Counted from the first letter of the whole stretch, positions 38,862 through 51,632 are shown. The stretch is 58,189 nucleotides of DNA, filler included, from Sphacelaria rigidula (GCA_964200075.2; 6 parts of 6 records of this genome joined end to end with filler, not necessarily neighbours in it); one strand, 5' to 3'. A program made the numbers and translations. Notes: generated by a model from the sequence alone, not told the origin.

Positions 38862-39619
38862 ACCGTTTGGAACCAAATACAAGCGCAATGCAAGTGTGGA
38901 AGGATGTCTGACACACTTATAAGCCTTTTTTTTCGTGCAACCAAATACCCCCCCCCGTATTGTGCTCCGTCTCGAAAGGGATGCGTGGTCAATGGTCAAA
39001 TGACTAAGGCAAGCAACAAATGAGTACGCCCCCGTATCGTAGGATGACTCGAGAGTTTGAACGTCAACGTTGTGCTCCAAACTACAGTAGTCAGCGTCAG
39101 AAGTAGGCAGAATTCGTAATTTCTTAGGTCTTCGAAGATTTTCCAAATTTGTTTCGCTTGCCACCGCTCATCACAGTGACTGTTAGATGCCAAAAAATGG
39201 GCAGCTAGAGATATTTTAATCCTCTTGACAAAATTGAAGAAAAAATATCTGCGATCAATATTGAGTGACTTACGGGCTTGACCGATCTTATGGGGTCCTG
39301 CGAAAGTGCAACCCCAGGCTCTAGTTTTTTTTTGTATTTTCGGTGGACTGACTCGATCTCGATCATATAAGTGAAGACTCAAAAATGATTTCTTTTTTTC
39401 AAGTTCGCCTATTCACTGCGCTAGAGCCGGAAAACCATGTTTCTTGGACCCTTTACGATCAATAACACCCTCCCAGTAAACGGATTCTTTACTCCGTATC
39501 GCCCCCACAACACCAACTTGGGCATTGTGATTTGAACACGATGTGCTTGTTTCGCCGAAACTATCGACGCTACGAGCTGGACCAGCCAACAACGGGTGGT
39601 TTTCTCGTTCAGGCGACGC

Positions 39620-39975
39620 ACGGCGCGATATTAGGAGTTGGACGCTGAAATTTTGACAGCAGCTTTTTATTATCGAAATGTAGAAGATCACGCCAGCAGC
39701 AACAAAGAAATGGAGAAAAAAAAAAGAAGTTATGGGCATTTGAAATTTCAGCAAAAACAAGCTAATGTCATAAGTTCAGGAAAAAAAGAGAATCTGCAGC
39801 CGCTCAGGTGAAGTATCAGTTCCTTGGGTGCAGAAGGTCTACCTGAAATTTCAGCTCAAGAGTCGTCAAATTGGGCCGTGCGTTCAACATTCTCCGTGAC
39901 GCTGCTGCACCCCTGTAGTTCAAGTGATGGGAGACTCCAGTTATGGAGGTCATGAGTTCGAATCCTGACATATTC
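39620..39975 (+). mobile_element. Second copy of the repeat with a tRNA-like A/B-box module
   Basis: TAGTTCAAGTGA (39916-39927) and GAGTTCGAATCC (39954-39965); shares GTTATGGAGGTCA.GAGTTCGAATCC.GACAT with the 25.6-kb copy. Confidence 0.55.
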
Positions 39976-40238
39976 TCTGTTTTTACTCGTCCGTCGTCAA
40001 GGTGATACACTTTGCAGTGCATTTTTTTTCGTTTATTTTCTTCATTCAACGGCGGTGCCGTGTGTTACCAGGTTGGTCCACACTTCACCGTGATGTGCTT
40101 ACATCCGGATCATTCGGGAAACTGGGAAAGCTGTAGTGTGAGCAACGTTTATAGCGCCTTTTAAGCTGGCCCAGCTCGTACCTAAAACCTCGAGTTTGAG
40201 ATATCTCTTTTGAAGGATGAAAGATGGAGGTCATTTTA

Positions 40239-40549
40239 CCACTTGGGAGGGTGAGAAATTTCTCAGAAATTTATAACTTAGAACAAACTATAACACTAGG
40301 ACTAACCCTAAACCTAACCCCAACGAAGGCACACCGAGAACCCTCAGGCGAGGGTGTGGAGAGTTTTACATAGGGGAAGGGTGCGTCGCCAGGCCTCGAA
40401 TCGGCGCCCCAGGCGCCAATTCCGACAAAAACGCGTTCTGCGCAAGCTAGAAGCACAGTTTGAGCATAGCCCCATTGAAGATCCGGATTTATCTGTCCAT
40501 ACTAAAGTCAAGTCGAACTATCTGAGAAATTTCTCACCCTCGCAAGTGG
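40239..40549. mobile_element. Tc1/mariner-type MITE with internal telomere-like repeats
   Basis: 29-bp TIR CCACTTG(G/C)GAGGGTGAGAAATTTCTCAGA with 1 mismatch, TA TSD, internal CTAACCCTAAACCTAACCC. Interior homologs at ~40795-40960 and ~43560-43665 (-). Confidence 0.85.
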
Positions 40550-41233
40550 TAGACTATACTCGGAAGATGCGTCTCAAACTGGAGGTTTCCGGTATGTTCA
40601 ATACTTCGACCGCGAGGGTGGTCCGATTGGATCATTCATACTTCTTTCATGTAGACTTGATGCCGATTCATCGGATGACCTTCTCTCGCACTCCAACGGT
40701 CAACACACATGTCAAGTACACCAGGAACCTCGGGTTTGAGATGAGGGGACATGAAGAAAAGTACGTAAACAATGGTTGGTGCTATGGAAATGCCGCCAAA
40801 CCTAACGCTAACCCTAACCCTAACCCCGACCAAGTCATACCGACAACTCTCGGGCAAGGAGTGTGCACAGTGTTCCTCAAGTACAGTGTGCGTTGCGAGA
40901 GCTCAAATCGACGCCTTCAAGCCGATTTTGGACCAAGACACGTTCTGTACGAGCTGGGCCTACTGCTCACCACTGCTCCCCTGCCCCAAATCATAAATTT
41001 TCTCATAAATTTTTTCAGTGTGATATCAAGTAAAATCGGGTACCAACCATTGTAGACGTACGTTTCTTTAGGTCTACTGCTTGAGATACCTCAGTCATGA
41101 TTCAGCCGAAAATATGCGAGCATCTTCGCGCCGCTGTTTTTATTCCAGCCGGGGCTCGGTTCATTGTTATCGCCCCGTAATTTCGGCATTGGCTCGATTC
41201 ATAATTCCACACGCCGGACAACTCATCTAATGC

Positions 41234-41611
41234 TTAACCCTTGTTGAACGCGAGGGTAGGCAATCTGTCAAATCAGCATAAAAATTCATATATTTTCAGT
41301 GTGAACAATGCTGGTTGACCAGGTGACCTACCCTCACAGTCCAACGGTTAAGCTCAAGGCACTAAGCTTATGGACTACCCTCGCGGTCCAAGGGTTGAAC
41401 TTGAGCCTTCGACTGCGAGGGTAGTTCATCCGGATTATGCGTACATTTTTTCAAGTAAACTTGATGCCAATTCCACAGATGCCCTACTCTCGCCGTCCGA
41501 GGGTTAACGCTTGAACCGCAAGGGTAGTCCATCTGAAACTCGCATACTTTGTTTTTAAAGTAAAATTGGTGTCTATCCAACAGATGACCTACTCTCGCCG
41601 TCTAAGGGTTA
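41234..41611. mobile_element. Cluster of ~100-bp piggyBac-like MITE units
   Basis: Three full and one partial CCCTT.GA.CGCGAGGGTAG...CTAC.CTCGC.GTC.AAGGG units joined at TTAA-like sites. Confidence 0.7.
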
Positions 41612-41639
41612 GCTCAAGTTGAATCTTCCCCCGGTAAAT

Positions 41640-41990
41640 CAGCGGTGCGTATTCTGGCAGGGTGATACGGAACATAACCCATCAGTGCTTATTCTGGCCG
41701 CGTAAGGTATAGAGCATAACCTATCTCGGTGCATATTCTGACCGGGTGAGTGAAAGAAGATTTCTCATGGGTGCATATTCTGACGGGGAATTATGAAAAT
41801 ATAACTTATCGGTACATATTGTGACCGGATGGATTATAGAACATTTGTCATACTGTAGGTGCATTTCCTGGTCGGGTGAATGATCGAACTCATCGGTGCA
41901 TATCCTGACCGAGTAAGTTATGCAACATGAGTCATAAGTCATGAGTCATCGGTGCATATGTCAGGCCTGTGAGCTATTAAACGTAACTTA
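41640..41990 (+). repeat. Degenerate minisatellite, ~41-bp unit, 8 copies (ATCGGTGCATATTCTGACCGGGT...)
   Basis: Conserved core followed by related AT-rich halves (TTAT.GAACATAAC). Confidence 0.8.
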
Positions 41991-42784
41991 GTTAACCCTT
42001 TTTATACACAGCGACACCCTCCCCCCCCCCCCCTCCCCCCCCGCGCGCAGGTGAACTGAAATGGACTTTGTCACACTCGAGGTCCAGAACAGCTCTTTTC
42101 TCGCTGCACAAAACGCCTTTCGTCATGAGCATGTGAATGTTGGACATCTATTATATAAAGAAAATAGAGTTGGGCAACCCCTGACGGGTTTTGACCTCGC
42201 AGTCTGTTGCGTGCAGAGTCAGTATGTGTGCTGTATATCTTCGCTGGATACAACGGCAAGAAACATGAAGCGTGCCATCGCTCTACACTGAAACAAAGTC
42301 TTCTGCATGCTGCTGATTTTTCTGCTTGGTGTTCCACAACACGACAGTTTTTTTTTTTTTTCCAATCCAGCAAATCTGATCGAGTCTTGATCTATCTATT
42401 TTTGGAATTATTTTTTGTTTTTGATTAATTTTTATGGTGGGAATGAATTCGCAAAATCTTATTTATTGCAGCTGACTGATTATCGGACGAGAACACCACA
42501 AATGTTGGAGTTGTCCTCTCTCAAAGAGTCACACGATGCCACATATTTTACAAGAAGACAAATGCCCTGGGACGTTGGAGGGGGGTATCGATCGCATAGG
42601 GGTGTGTTTTCCAGCGAATGTTGTACCGCTCAATACCGCTAGAAAATGGTCACTACACTCAGGGAATCGAATACCTCTGCTGGTATTCCGACCGGCAACG
42701 AACCCTGCACCAAATTATCGGCCGTTTGAAGGCACGTGTGTTCTCATTTCTTTTCCTGCCTGCGCGGAAGTCGTTGCTGCGAAC

Positions 42785-43210
42785 CAGGGTTATAAATAGG
42801 GCCTGCGGGCCTGCGGGCCCGCAGATATTTAGGTAAAACTGCGCTCAGCGCAGGCCCGCGGGGCGGCAATCTGCGGCTTGCCGCAAAAAAAAAAATGGGC
42901 CGCACTTTTTTCGAAAATATATTGGGAGGTGTTTTTGTTTCGCCGGTAGGCGATTTTGTTTTTTTGAGACGTCTTTTTTCCGTTGCGGGAGGTTACTGCA
43001 CACAAAATGCGGCAAAAATCTGCCCATTTCGCCATTTTTTAAGGGTGTTTGAAACGTGAAAGCCCAATTTTCGGTGCTCCGCGGGGGGGGGGACTGCGCG
43101 GCCGGCGTCCTCCGGGGGCCCTCCCGGGGGAGCCCTGCGGGGGCCGCAGGTCGCTTTCGGCTCCGGCCTGCGGCCGCGCAGGCGGAGCCTGTGCTCTATT
43201 TATAACCCTG
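42785..43210. mobile_element. Young non-autonomous hAT element (426 bp)
   Basis: Perfect 15-bp TIR CAGGGTTATAAATAG and perfect 8-bp TSD CTGCGAAC (42777-42784, 43211-43218); subterminal CTGCGG repeats. Confidence 0.92.
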
Positions 43211-45933
43211 CTGCGAACCGTTCTTTTTTGTGTTGTCATCAACCTGTTGCTACTGCCCCGTTCTGTCACCGACCTATTACCATTACCCCGTGCTGTCATC
43301 AACCCACTGCTAGTACTCCGTGTTGCCTCATTCGCCCCTGCGGTGTAACATGTGTAGACCACTAGAAGCATCTCAAATTAGGGTTTCTCGCGATATTTGA
43401 TTGTAAATTGTTTAATTTTCTGTCAAATATGCCGGGAACCTCGAGCCTGAAAAACCTGTATTTGTACTCAGTAGAGCCCACGTTGTGGTTGAAGATTAAT
43501 GGTTTACAGGATGATGACTTGAGAGTGGACACCACGATATTCGAATGCTGGGAGGGGTGAGTGCTCCTGGCTTTGCCCAGACGTGTTTTTGTCTAAATCC
43601 AGGCGCCGATTAAACGTCTACCAACGCACCCTTTGCCTTGAGTAGGGGTTAGGGTTAGTATTGGGGGTACTTGGTTCGAAGTTAGCCGTTTTGTCGACCC
43701 ATAAGCTACCCTCCCTCCACTATACACACGATCCAGGAACATTTTTTTTTTCTTGCCACAATGGTTGCCTCGGGCTATCTGGCTATCGGAGAAACTTGTC
43801 GCTCATGTAATTCATGTAAGGAACATCTCCATCTTTCCGTTGTTCCAGCTGTGATCGGCCCATTGTTTTGTGCTTTCTTGTCGTGGATTTTTGTTCTCAT
43901 TTTTTTTCGCCGACTGCCGGTAGCTGAGCTTGTAGAAAAATTGACGAATCCGGTTTTCTTTTTTCGATCCATATATTTATCCCCTTGTCCAAAACCACCC
44001 TGAATAACAGTAAGCCATCCAACTACACTTTGTATGATTTGAAAAAAAACCATCCCAACCCATTTTTATGGACTGCGCTTTGTTCCCACCCCATTTCTGT
44101 AGAGACTGGAACCCAGCAGCATTACTGCAGGTAATCTCCAGAGCGGATCAGACCGTTTTCGTATAATAGGGCACAAACTCACTACAGTGCAGCGACAATT
44201 ACGGCATGGAAATGACGAGTGTGGGCACAGAGAGCCTTGTCAATTTCACAGACGACACAACAGTAGCCAACACACCCATGGTGACCACATTGTCAGACAT
44301 GTATAGACAGCACTGCGTGCCGACTACAGCTATTTTATACAGAGCGGAACACAACAACAATGCAACAGCTCAGGTAATCCCAACGGGAACCAAACAAACC
44401 GTCTTCGCAAGCTCTGACCAGACCACGGTACAGTGTCAGCCACAGCACATAAGAGGAGCGGGGGGGTGTACTCATAACTATGCATGCCTACAAGGCTGGG
44501 GAGGCGGGGGGGAGGGGAAGCGTCACTTCCCGGTATGGGGCCCCTCGCACGATGACGCCCTTGTGCCTTGTGCCGTGTACAACCCGATGAGTAGGCAAAA
44601 CAAGCAGGTGTTCTCTTGACAGTGACCGCTACGTGTCCCGTACGATGGTTCGGTCGACAGCTCGGCAGCTAGCGAGGCCTATCAACGTCCGTTCAAACAA
44701 GTGCTGTGAAGCCTTTGTTTCTCGAAACACGTGCGGGGGGAGCCGGAGAGAGGGGGGTGTACTCATTTGTTGCTTGCCTTCGTCGTTTGACCAGTGACCA
44801 CGCATCCCTTTCGGGACGGAGCACCGTTCCTGCTTCCACTCGAGACACCTGCAACACTCCGGCGCTCAGTACGTTTCTTCCATACATTACACAAAAACCT
44901 TCAACATATCTTATCCCCGTCTTGTTTCGCCGTCTGTGGCCACTATCTATCTCCTAGTTTAGCCATCGTTTTCTCCCTACTGTCTAGAGCATCAAGAGGG
45001 GGGGGGAGGACATACTGATCTGTTCCTAGCCTTGGTCATTCGACCATTGACCACCCATCCCTTTCGAGACAGTGCTGGGAAGATTGTTGCAAGCCTTTTA
45101 CGGGTAACTAGTTGCGCGAGTATTTCGGCCGAGGTTTTTCACGTGCTAGTAAAAGCAGTTCCCCGTGTCTTTTTTGGTCGAAACTTGGCTACAAGGACAG
45201 GTGACAGGTGATGAGTTGCGCAGACTCCATTTCTTGTCTACAGTCGCCTAGGAGTTGGATTTGCACAGGATTCTTATCCAGTATGATGGTAGTTTTCAAC
45301 AGATATATTGTTGTACTGGTCGTTTGACAAATAATAGTTGTAGTTGTTTGTCAGCAGGCAACTGCCGTAGTAGGGCATAATAAAAAACACATATTTATGG
45401 ATCCTTATTTTTTCCTTGATGAGTTGAAGGCAATCATCAATCATCAGTGTCCAGTTTCCAGTGAAACGCTACTAAAAGGCCGCTCCTTATTGCAGACAAA
45501 AGCTGATGTCTGGAAAGATGTATTGCTGGAGCTTCTACGTCGTTTCACGCCCTGAAAGAGAGCTAAGTGGATTTCGACACCCTGATATGCCTTGCTGTAC
45601 CCGTTGAAACGGCTCGAGCACGCCTGTGCGTTTTCGCGATTGCCGCAGTTGTTGTCTTGCCCAAACTTGCATTTCTCTCAGAGACCGTTCAAATTCAGAC
45701 GAATCGCGGATTTTGTTTTGGGCTTGACCGGTCCCGGAGAAAAATGGGCAGGCTCCGAGAAATATGCGAGGTTGGTAAAAAAAAAAATGCGACCGACCAC
45801 CGGAAAAATGCACGGGTGTGCTGGAATAGTCTCGACGAGCACAGCAAGGTATTCCAAGATCTCAAAATCCGCCTAGCTTTTCTGTGGAACCTACAGGCTG
45901 GTTCACGGAACAGGCCCAAAAAACACTCATCAG

Positions 45934-46180
45934 CAAAACTTCACGTCGATTAAAGGAATTAGACCCTAAAAATTGGCACAGGTGTTCTATGGATCATTAC
46001 GCAACTTTCCAAGGTCGAGTTTTTTTCTTTCACTTTTTTACTTTCTTATTTTTTTTACCGTTTTTCCGGAGCCCCGTGAAACGGTGAAAAAAACGCGTTG
46101 ATCAAAAGTTGCGAAATGACCCATAGAACACCTGTGCAACAGTTCAGGGTCTAAGTCCTTCAAACGGCGTGAAGTTTTTG
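45934..46180. mobile_element. Foldback/MITE-like palindrome with an extra arm copy at ~46440-46575
   Basis: AAAACTTCACG...TTAGACCCT...GCACAGGTGTTCTATGG.TCATT.CGCAACTTT mirrored on the right. Confidence 0.65.
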
Positions 46181-47840
46181 GCGTTTATGCGATGAACCTT
46201 GCCGTGCCACGATGAAACGGCAAACTACTATATTTGAGTATAAAAAAGGCGTTCTTGGGCCTTCTTTGACGCGAACATGAAAATTCAAGCACCAGTTAAT
46301 CGAGTTTGGCCACGAAACTTTGTGGGTTTCTTCTTTAGGTTTTGCAGCGACAGAGCGTCCGCGAAAAAAATAAAAATAATATCGTAGTGCCGGTTTTCTG
46401 GGGTCCCAGAATGGATGACTTCGAAAAAACGACTTAAATCCCGTCGGACCCCCGAAAAACGGTAAAAAAGTTAAGAAGCAGAAAAACATCGTTGATCGAA
46501 ACTTGCGGAATGATTCATAGCACTTTTGTGCATAGTTTTAGGGACTAACTCCTAATAACTGCGTGAAGATTTGCGCGTTTGTGCGAGGATGTGAGCTTGA
46601 AACGTGCAAACTCCCAACTACTCGGTTTTAGTAGGATTTGTTTTTTTTTGTTGAATTTTACGTCAAGGCGCGAAAAATTGTATGAGATTTTCGATTTTCT
46701 CGACCAATCTTTGTACATGTGTTCCTTGGACTATCCGTGGACGCATCATGTTATTCTTCTTTTGAGTCATTCTCTACCGGCATCCGGGGGTCTTTGTACT
46801 GGGACCCCCGGATGCCGGTAGAGAACGAAGACACTTTGAACCCTTGCCAAGAACACAAATTTTCCATTTGAAGCATCAATACCTTCGGAACTATCAAGTT
46901 TGAGGATGATCTGAGCTTTTCTGCAATAGATATAAGGGAAAATCGTCACGAGGCTCCCTGAGTCTTTGCTACGTATCATGGGGGGAAATTAGACGACGCC
47001 AAACTCCACATCACCGAAGCATTACGGTTTCGAATATAATTCGACCCTGTTGGAACCGTTTTCAAATCTGTTTCTCCCGTTAGATTCCTGAGGTGATTAC
47101 GGTCACCACGATTTGAAGCATGTGGAGATTCGGAGGAAATTGGGCTTGAAATTCGTATTTTCATTTTCAGAACAGTCTGAAAGGCGTTGATTGATCGATA
47201 CATATTGTTGTCCATAGCGCCACCGCCATAGCCTTGAACAAAAATCCGACCATGTCATCCTCTTCGTGTGTTCATTGTGGTCAGTATGATACCATGTATG
47301 CGATTATTTAGTGCGTATTGCGGAAGGCATTTGCTGATGACAGTTTTTTTTTTTTTGCGTGAACCAGCCTGTAAAACTACGTACAAGCTCCAACAAGGCA
47401 CTTTCAAGATTTTTTTTTCTTTCTCTTCATTTCAGCAAAAAAAAATCGAAGTCATGTCCTGTAGAGTATGGTTTTGTAAACCCGGGGTATTTTTCCGGGT
47501 ATTACACCCGTACCCGACAGTTTTGTGACTTCTCTACGTAAGACGCAAATGCCTGTACCCAAGACTTCTGTAGGTTCTATAAGGAATCTCATTCCATCCC
47601 GAACATACCCGAACCCTACAGAACACAACCTTGGGGTTTTAGCGGACTTTCAGGGTTTTTCCAACTATTATAGAGAGGGGGTCCCTGGCCTGCTGCTGGT
47701 ACGGTTTATTAGTTTTCGCGGTTGTACTCGTTTGTTGAGGTGCACGCTCTCCATGTTTACATCGATCGAGGACCCCAAAAATCGGTGTAACAGTCGAAAA
47801 CAGATCGCGCACGACTCCGGGCTACCCCTCAGGCCGTGTT

Positions 47841-48386
47841 TTAACCCTTAGACCGCGAGATTAGTCTTTCTGGATCATGCATACTTTTTTCACTTGAAAT
47901 TGATGCCGATTCAACAGAAGACTAACCTCGCGGTCTAAGGGTTGACCCTTTGACCGCGATGATCGGTCACCTGGTGAATGGGCATCAATATTCAGTTGAA
48001 ATGAGTATGCGTGATCCAGATGGAGTACCGCACCGCGGTCTAAGCGTTAATTCAGTCTTAGACCCCGAGGCGGATAGTCCATCTAGATCATGCATACTCT
48101 TTTCAAGTACAATTGATGCCGATTCAACAGATTGCTTACTCTCGCCGTGTAAGGCCGTGTAAGGGCTGACCCTTATTGTAGACGGCGACAAGGGTCGTTT
48201 ATCTGGATCACATACTTTTTTCAAGTACAATTGATGCCGATTCCGCAGGTGACTCAGCCTCGCGGTCGAAGGGTTAACCCTTAACCCTTAGAACGCGAGG
48301 GTAGGTCATCTGCTGAATCGGTATCAATTTTCACTTGAAAAGTGTATACGTGATCCAGATGGACTACCCGCACCGCGGTCTAAGGG
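47841..48386. mobile_element. Array of five ~100-bp piggyBac-like MITE units in mixed orientation
   Basis: Each unit CCCTTAGACCGCG...CGCGGTCTAAGGG; junctions TTAA/TTGA/CTGA; interiors oriented F,R,F,F,R. Confidence 0.8.
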
Positions 48387-48475
48387 AGACAAGAATAGTG
48401 AGAACGCATCATGCACCCCCCCGGATGCGTGGTCAATGGTCAAACGACAAAGACAAGTAACAAATGAGTACCCCC

Positions 48476-48575
48476 NNNNNNNNNNNNNNNNNNNNNNNNN
48501 NNNNNNNNNNNNNNNNNNNTTAATTAATTAANNNNNNNNNNNNNNNNNNNNNNNNNNNNNNNNNNNNNNNNNNNN
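48476..48575. other. Artificial scaffold linker
   Basis: Same 44N-TTAATTAATTAA-44N structure. Confidence 0.97.
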
Positions 48576-50201
48576 AGTCTTTAGACTTTTTTAGACTAAT
48601 ACACTGGCTGTTGGTTGTGCTGCTGTTGTTGTCGTGGGGTTCTTTGTTCGTTGGCATGTAGACTACGCATGGCTGTTGGTCGTGCTGCTGTTGTTGCGGG
48701 GTTCTCTTGTTCGTTGGCATGTACCTAACCGCATAGACTCACCTGTCTATGCGTGTCCCTCACTCAAGCCGTATCCCTTTCCCCTCTGTTTGGTAGGTAC
48801 CTCATTTCTTGCTGCTCTTGCTTCGTGTTAATTCCGTTCCTTTCCATTCCATCTACTATTACGAAATAGACTGCATACCCACCGAGGGATCGTGTGCATA
48901 AACACTACACTGTCACGGAGAAAACAGCCATACAGCGCCAGATGTTTGGTTTCAGGCGGCATGAAGCTCCTCATATGGGCGACATCGGCGAAAACGAAAC
49001 CAAGCGTGGGAATTACCGGTCGTACTCCGCAGCAGCACACGAAACAACAGACGTACTCCGCAGCAGCTGACAATAGGGATGTAACAACAAACATATTTCT
49101 CTTGTTGTAGGGCAGGATACCACGAACGTAGTCGGCGATGGGTTCTTCGCTCGATCCTACCGGGACTCGTAGAACGAGTGGTATTTTCTGGTTCACATAC
49201 TTCTTCAAGGCAACTTCTCAAGGAAACGAAAAGTGCTGATAGCTGCTGCGGCGCCACGAACAACAGGACATCGGCTGAATTTTCAAAAATAAGTGTAATC
49301 CTACCATGTGTGTGTGCGATTACGTAATGTCAACCATTCACACCCGCCGCAGCCTATGCGCGGGAAAACGGTGAATCCGGGCAAATAACGACATTTGGAT
49401 GGACACGGCCGTATACACGCAAAGAGAGAGTGAACTTGTGAAACCACACAATCATCGTACTACAAGTAAAGTTGTCTGCTGTCTGCCGTGCGGACTGTGC
49501 ACTTTGTACAGCGGATAACAGACAACAGTAGTACTGCTCTACTACTGTACAGGGCTTGTAGTGCTCTGTACAGTCGACAAGTGGTACGATACAGGAACAC
49601 TCCCACTACTCGTGCGGCCACCTGGATAGCCTGCACCGTACGCAGACACAGTGTGAAGATAGCGTGGTGTTTTGTACAACAGCAGTGCAACGGTATGATA
49701 TGGTGGTATATCCTCGATACTTAGCAACTGATACATACTGCATACAGTCCGTGTCATCAGAGCATCCATGAAATCGAGCATGCACGGTTCTTGGCTGACC
49801 AAGAACGTTGGAGTGCGACTGATCGTTGTTTCGTGCGTACAGTACTTCGATTTGAGACTAGGTTTGTCGTGGATTTGTCCCGAAGGCGTTCGCGACCTGT
49901 ACGCTCATATTTGCATACCCCACCTGCAAACAGGTCGCGCCTCAGTTTAGATTCTACGAGAGATTCCGCCTGACAACCCCATATCGGTTCTCGAGTGCAG
50001 TAGAAGAAGACAGCTGCTTGGACGAGAAAAACGCTCGAAAGTGCATAACATGGCGCGAGATGCGCAATGTGGGCTGAGATAAGCTTTTCCGATGCGATCG
50101 ATCAAGAGGTGACCGATCGGCAACGGTAACCGCAACAGGATTGTGTTCAATGTAGAGAACGGCATGTTCGACGGTTGGTTGTCGTGTCGCCTGAAAGCGC
50201 G

Positions 50202-50562
50202 ATTGAAAATTGGCGAGATAAACACCAGTGCATGTGTGCGTGGTATATTTCGGTTACATGCGGGGCAGATTGATGGTATATCATGGGTACCAAATATCGC
50301 GTGCGTTATCGGATACTGTGTTGATGGCTGGATGTGTGACATATGAGGGGTCTCACCGTGCAGTCATGCCCCTCGAGTACCTTATTGTTGCGTGTGTTTT
50401 GGTACTGCATTTTGGTGAGAGAGAGAGCAGCTCTAGCGGAGCTTGCACGGTTGATGTTTGGTGAGTGAAGGGTATAAAAGATGAATATAACAACAAGTGT
50501 TACTACAAATTCACCTGTCCAGAGCACGTCCTCTACGAGGCGCTCCCTTGCTTTATTACGCT
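50202..50562 (+). repeat. 5' LTR
   Basis: Collinear with 57251-57612 (ATTGAA.ATTGGCGAGATA.ACAC.AGTGCATGTGT...CCTGTCCAGAGCACGTCCTCTA). Confidence 0.85.
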
Positions 50563-51332
50563 AGCGGATTTAGAACCGGTTGATTGCAGCCAGGTAACAG
50601 GGAAGGAAGAAAGTTTGAGCGTAAACAGCAGCAGTCATATCGCGTTGAGCCAACTTGAGAGAGCCACGCAGTGAGCGCTTACTACAGTTTGAGCAAAGAT
50701 AGCAACAGCCATGGTTGCGCTAAGCCAACTTGAGGAAGCCACCCAGTGAGGGTCTATTCTAGTTTGAGTAATGGCTGCTAGAAAGGGATTAAGTACGGAA
50801 GATTTGACTGAGAAGCTATGGCATATGGAGGTACAACACAGAGAAAAGCTGCGGCTCATAGAAGAAAACAGGGAGAGTTTATTGAGGCCGTGAAACGCGA
50901 CGCTATCGTAGATTACGAAAGAGAAAGAAGTATGCATGTAGGCGCAGGCGCACAGAGTGACCCCACGATAAGTACAGAAAACCGCAGTCAGCGAAGCAAC
51001 CCACGAGTTTCCCTAAGTTCCAATACGATAATTACATGGGAGGGCAAAGTGCCCAGCCAAACATTGTAATAGTACGTATTAATACGGGTATCAATGCGTT
51101 GGACGGTTCTGTGAAAGCAGGGGAGAGCATGGAGTCAACGTTTCGTATCTTTCATGTGCAAATGATCGGATATTTTCGTGCCGAGAAATGATATCATGCT
51201 CTTTTTGTGCAGGATCTCACCCGTGCATTTTATGAGACGGAGGCAGAGTAAGTGAGGCAGCACGAGTATAAGGCCGTATAAAAAGCACAACGAGCCCAGG
51301 ACATTCTTCTCGAAAACATCATTGCCTCTAGC

Positions 51333-51632
51333 ATGGTCGAACATTTTGCAATGCTTGGTTCGCCTAGCGAATCGTGGGACTATTTCGTACAGTACTACAC
51401 CGTTCCCCCCACTGCAGAGAAAGCTCGCCTCGAACAACAATGGACGGCTCTACAGATGTCACCGAGCGAGTCTCCTTTGGCGTTTGTGAGCAGGGCAAAT
51501 CTAATTCGTCACAAAAGACATTATTACGGTACCATAATTTCGGAGACTGAGGCAAACAGACACTGTGCACGTAGGCTGTCCTCAGAACACGAGATACAGC
51601 GTGGCATACTCCTTGCTATGTTAGAGATAGAT
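51333..51632 (+). pseudogene. gag: Copia gag (UBN2/Retrotran_gag_2-like) fragment
   Basis: SPSESWDYFVQYYTVPPTAEKARLEQQWTALQMSPSESPLAFVSRANLIR fits the W..L...Y...L...L..L.M...ES...F..R gag pattern. Confidence 0.7.

Noticed and set aside
40354..41055. 233-aa ORF as a gene
   Set aside because: Runs across several MITEs; the NPNPNP stretch comes from CCCTAA repeats.
41640..41990. CRISPR-like pattern of conserved ~23-nt core plus variable spacer
   Set aside because: Repeats are degenerate, the spacers are related to each other, there are no cas genes and the context is eukaryotic: a minisatellite.
46840..46990. Decayed LRR fragment (IPSELSSL...RLPESL)
   Set aside because: Three stops within 25 codons and wrong spacing; could be chance.
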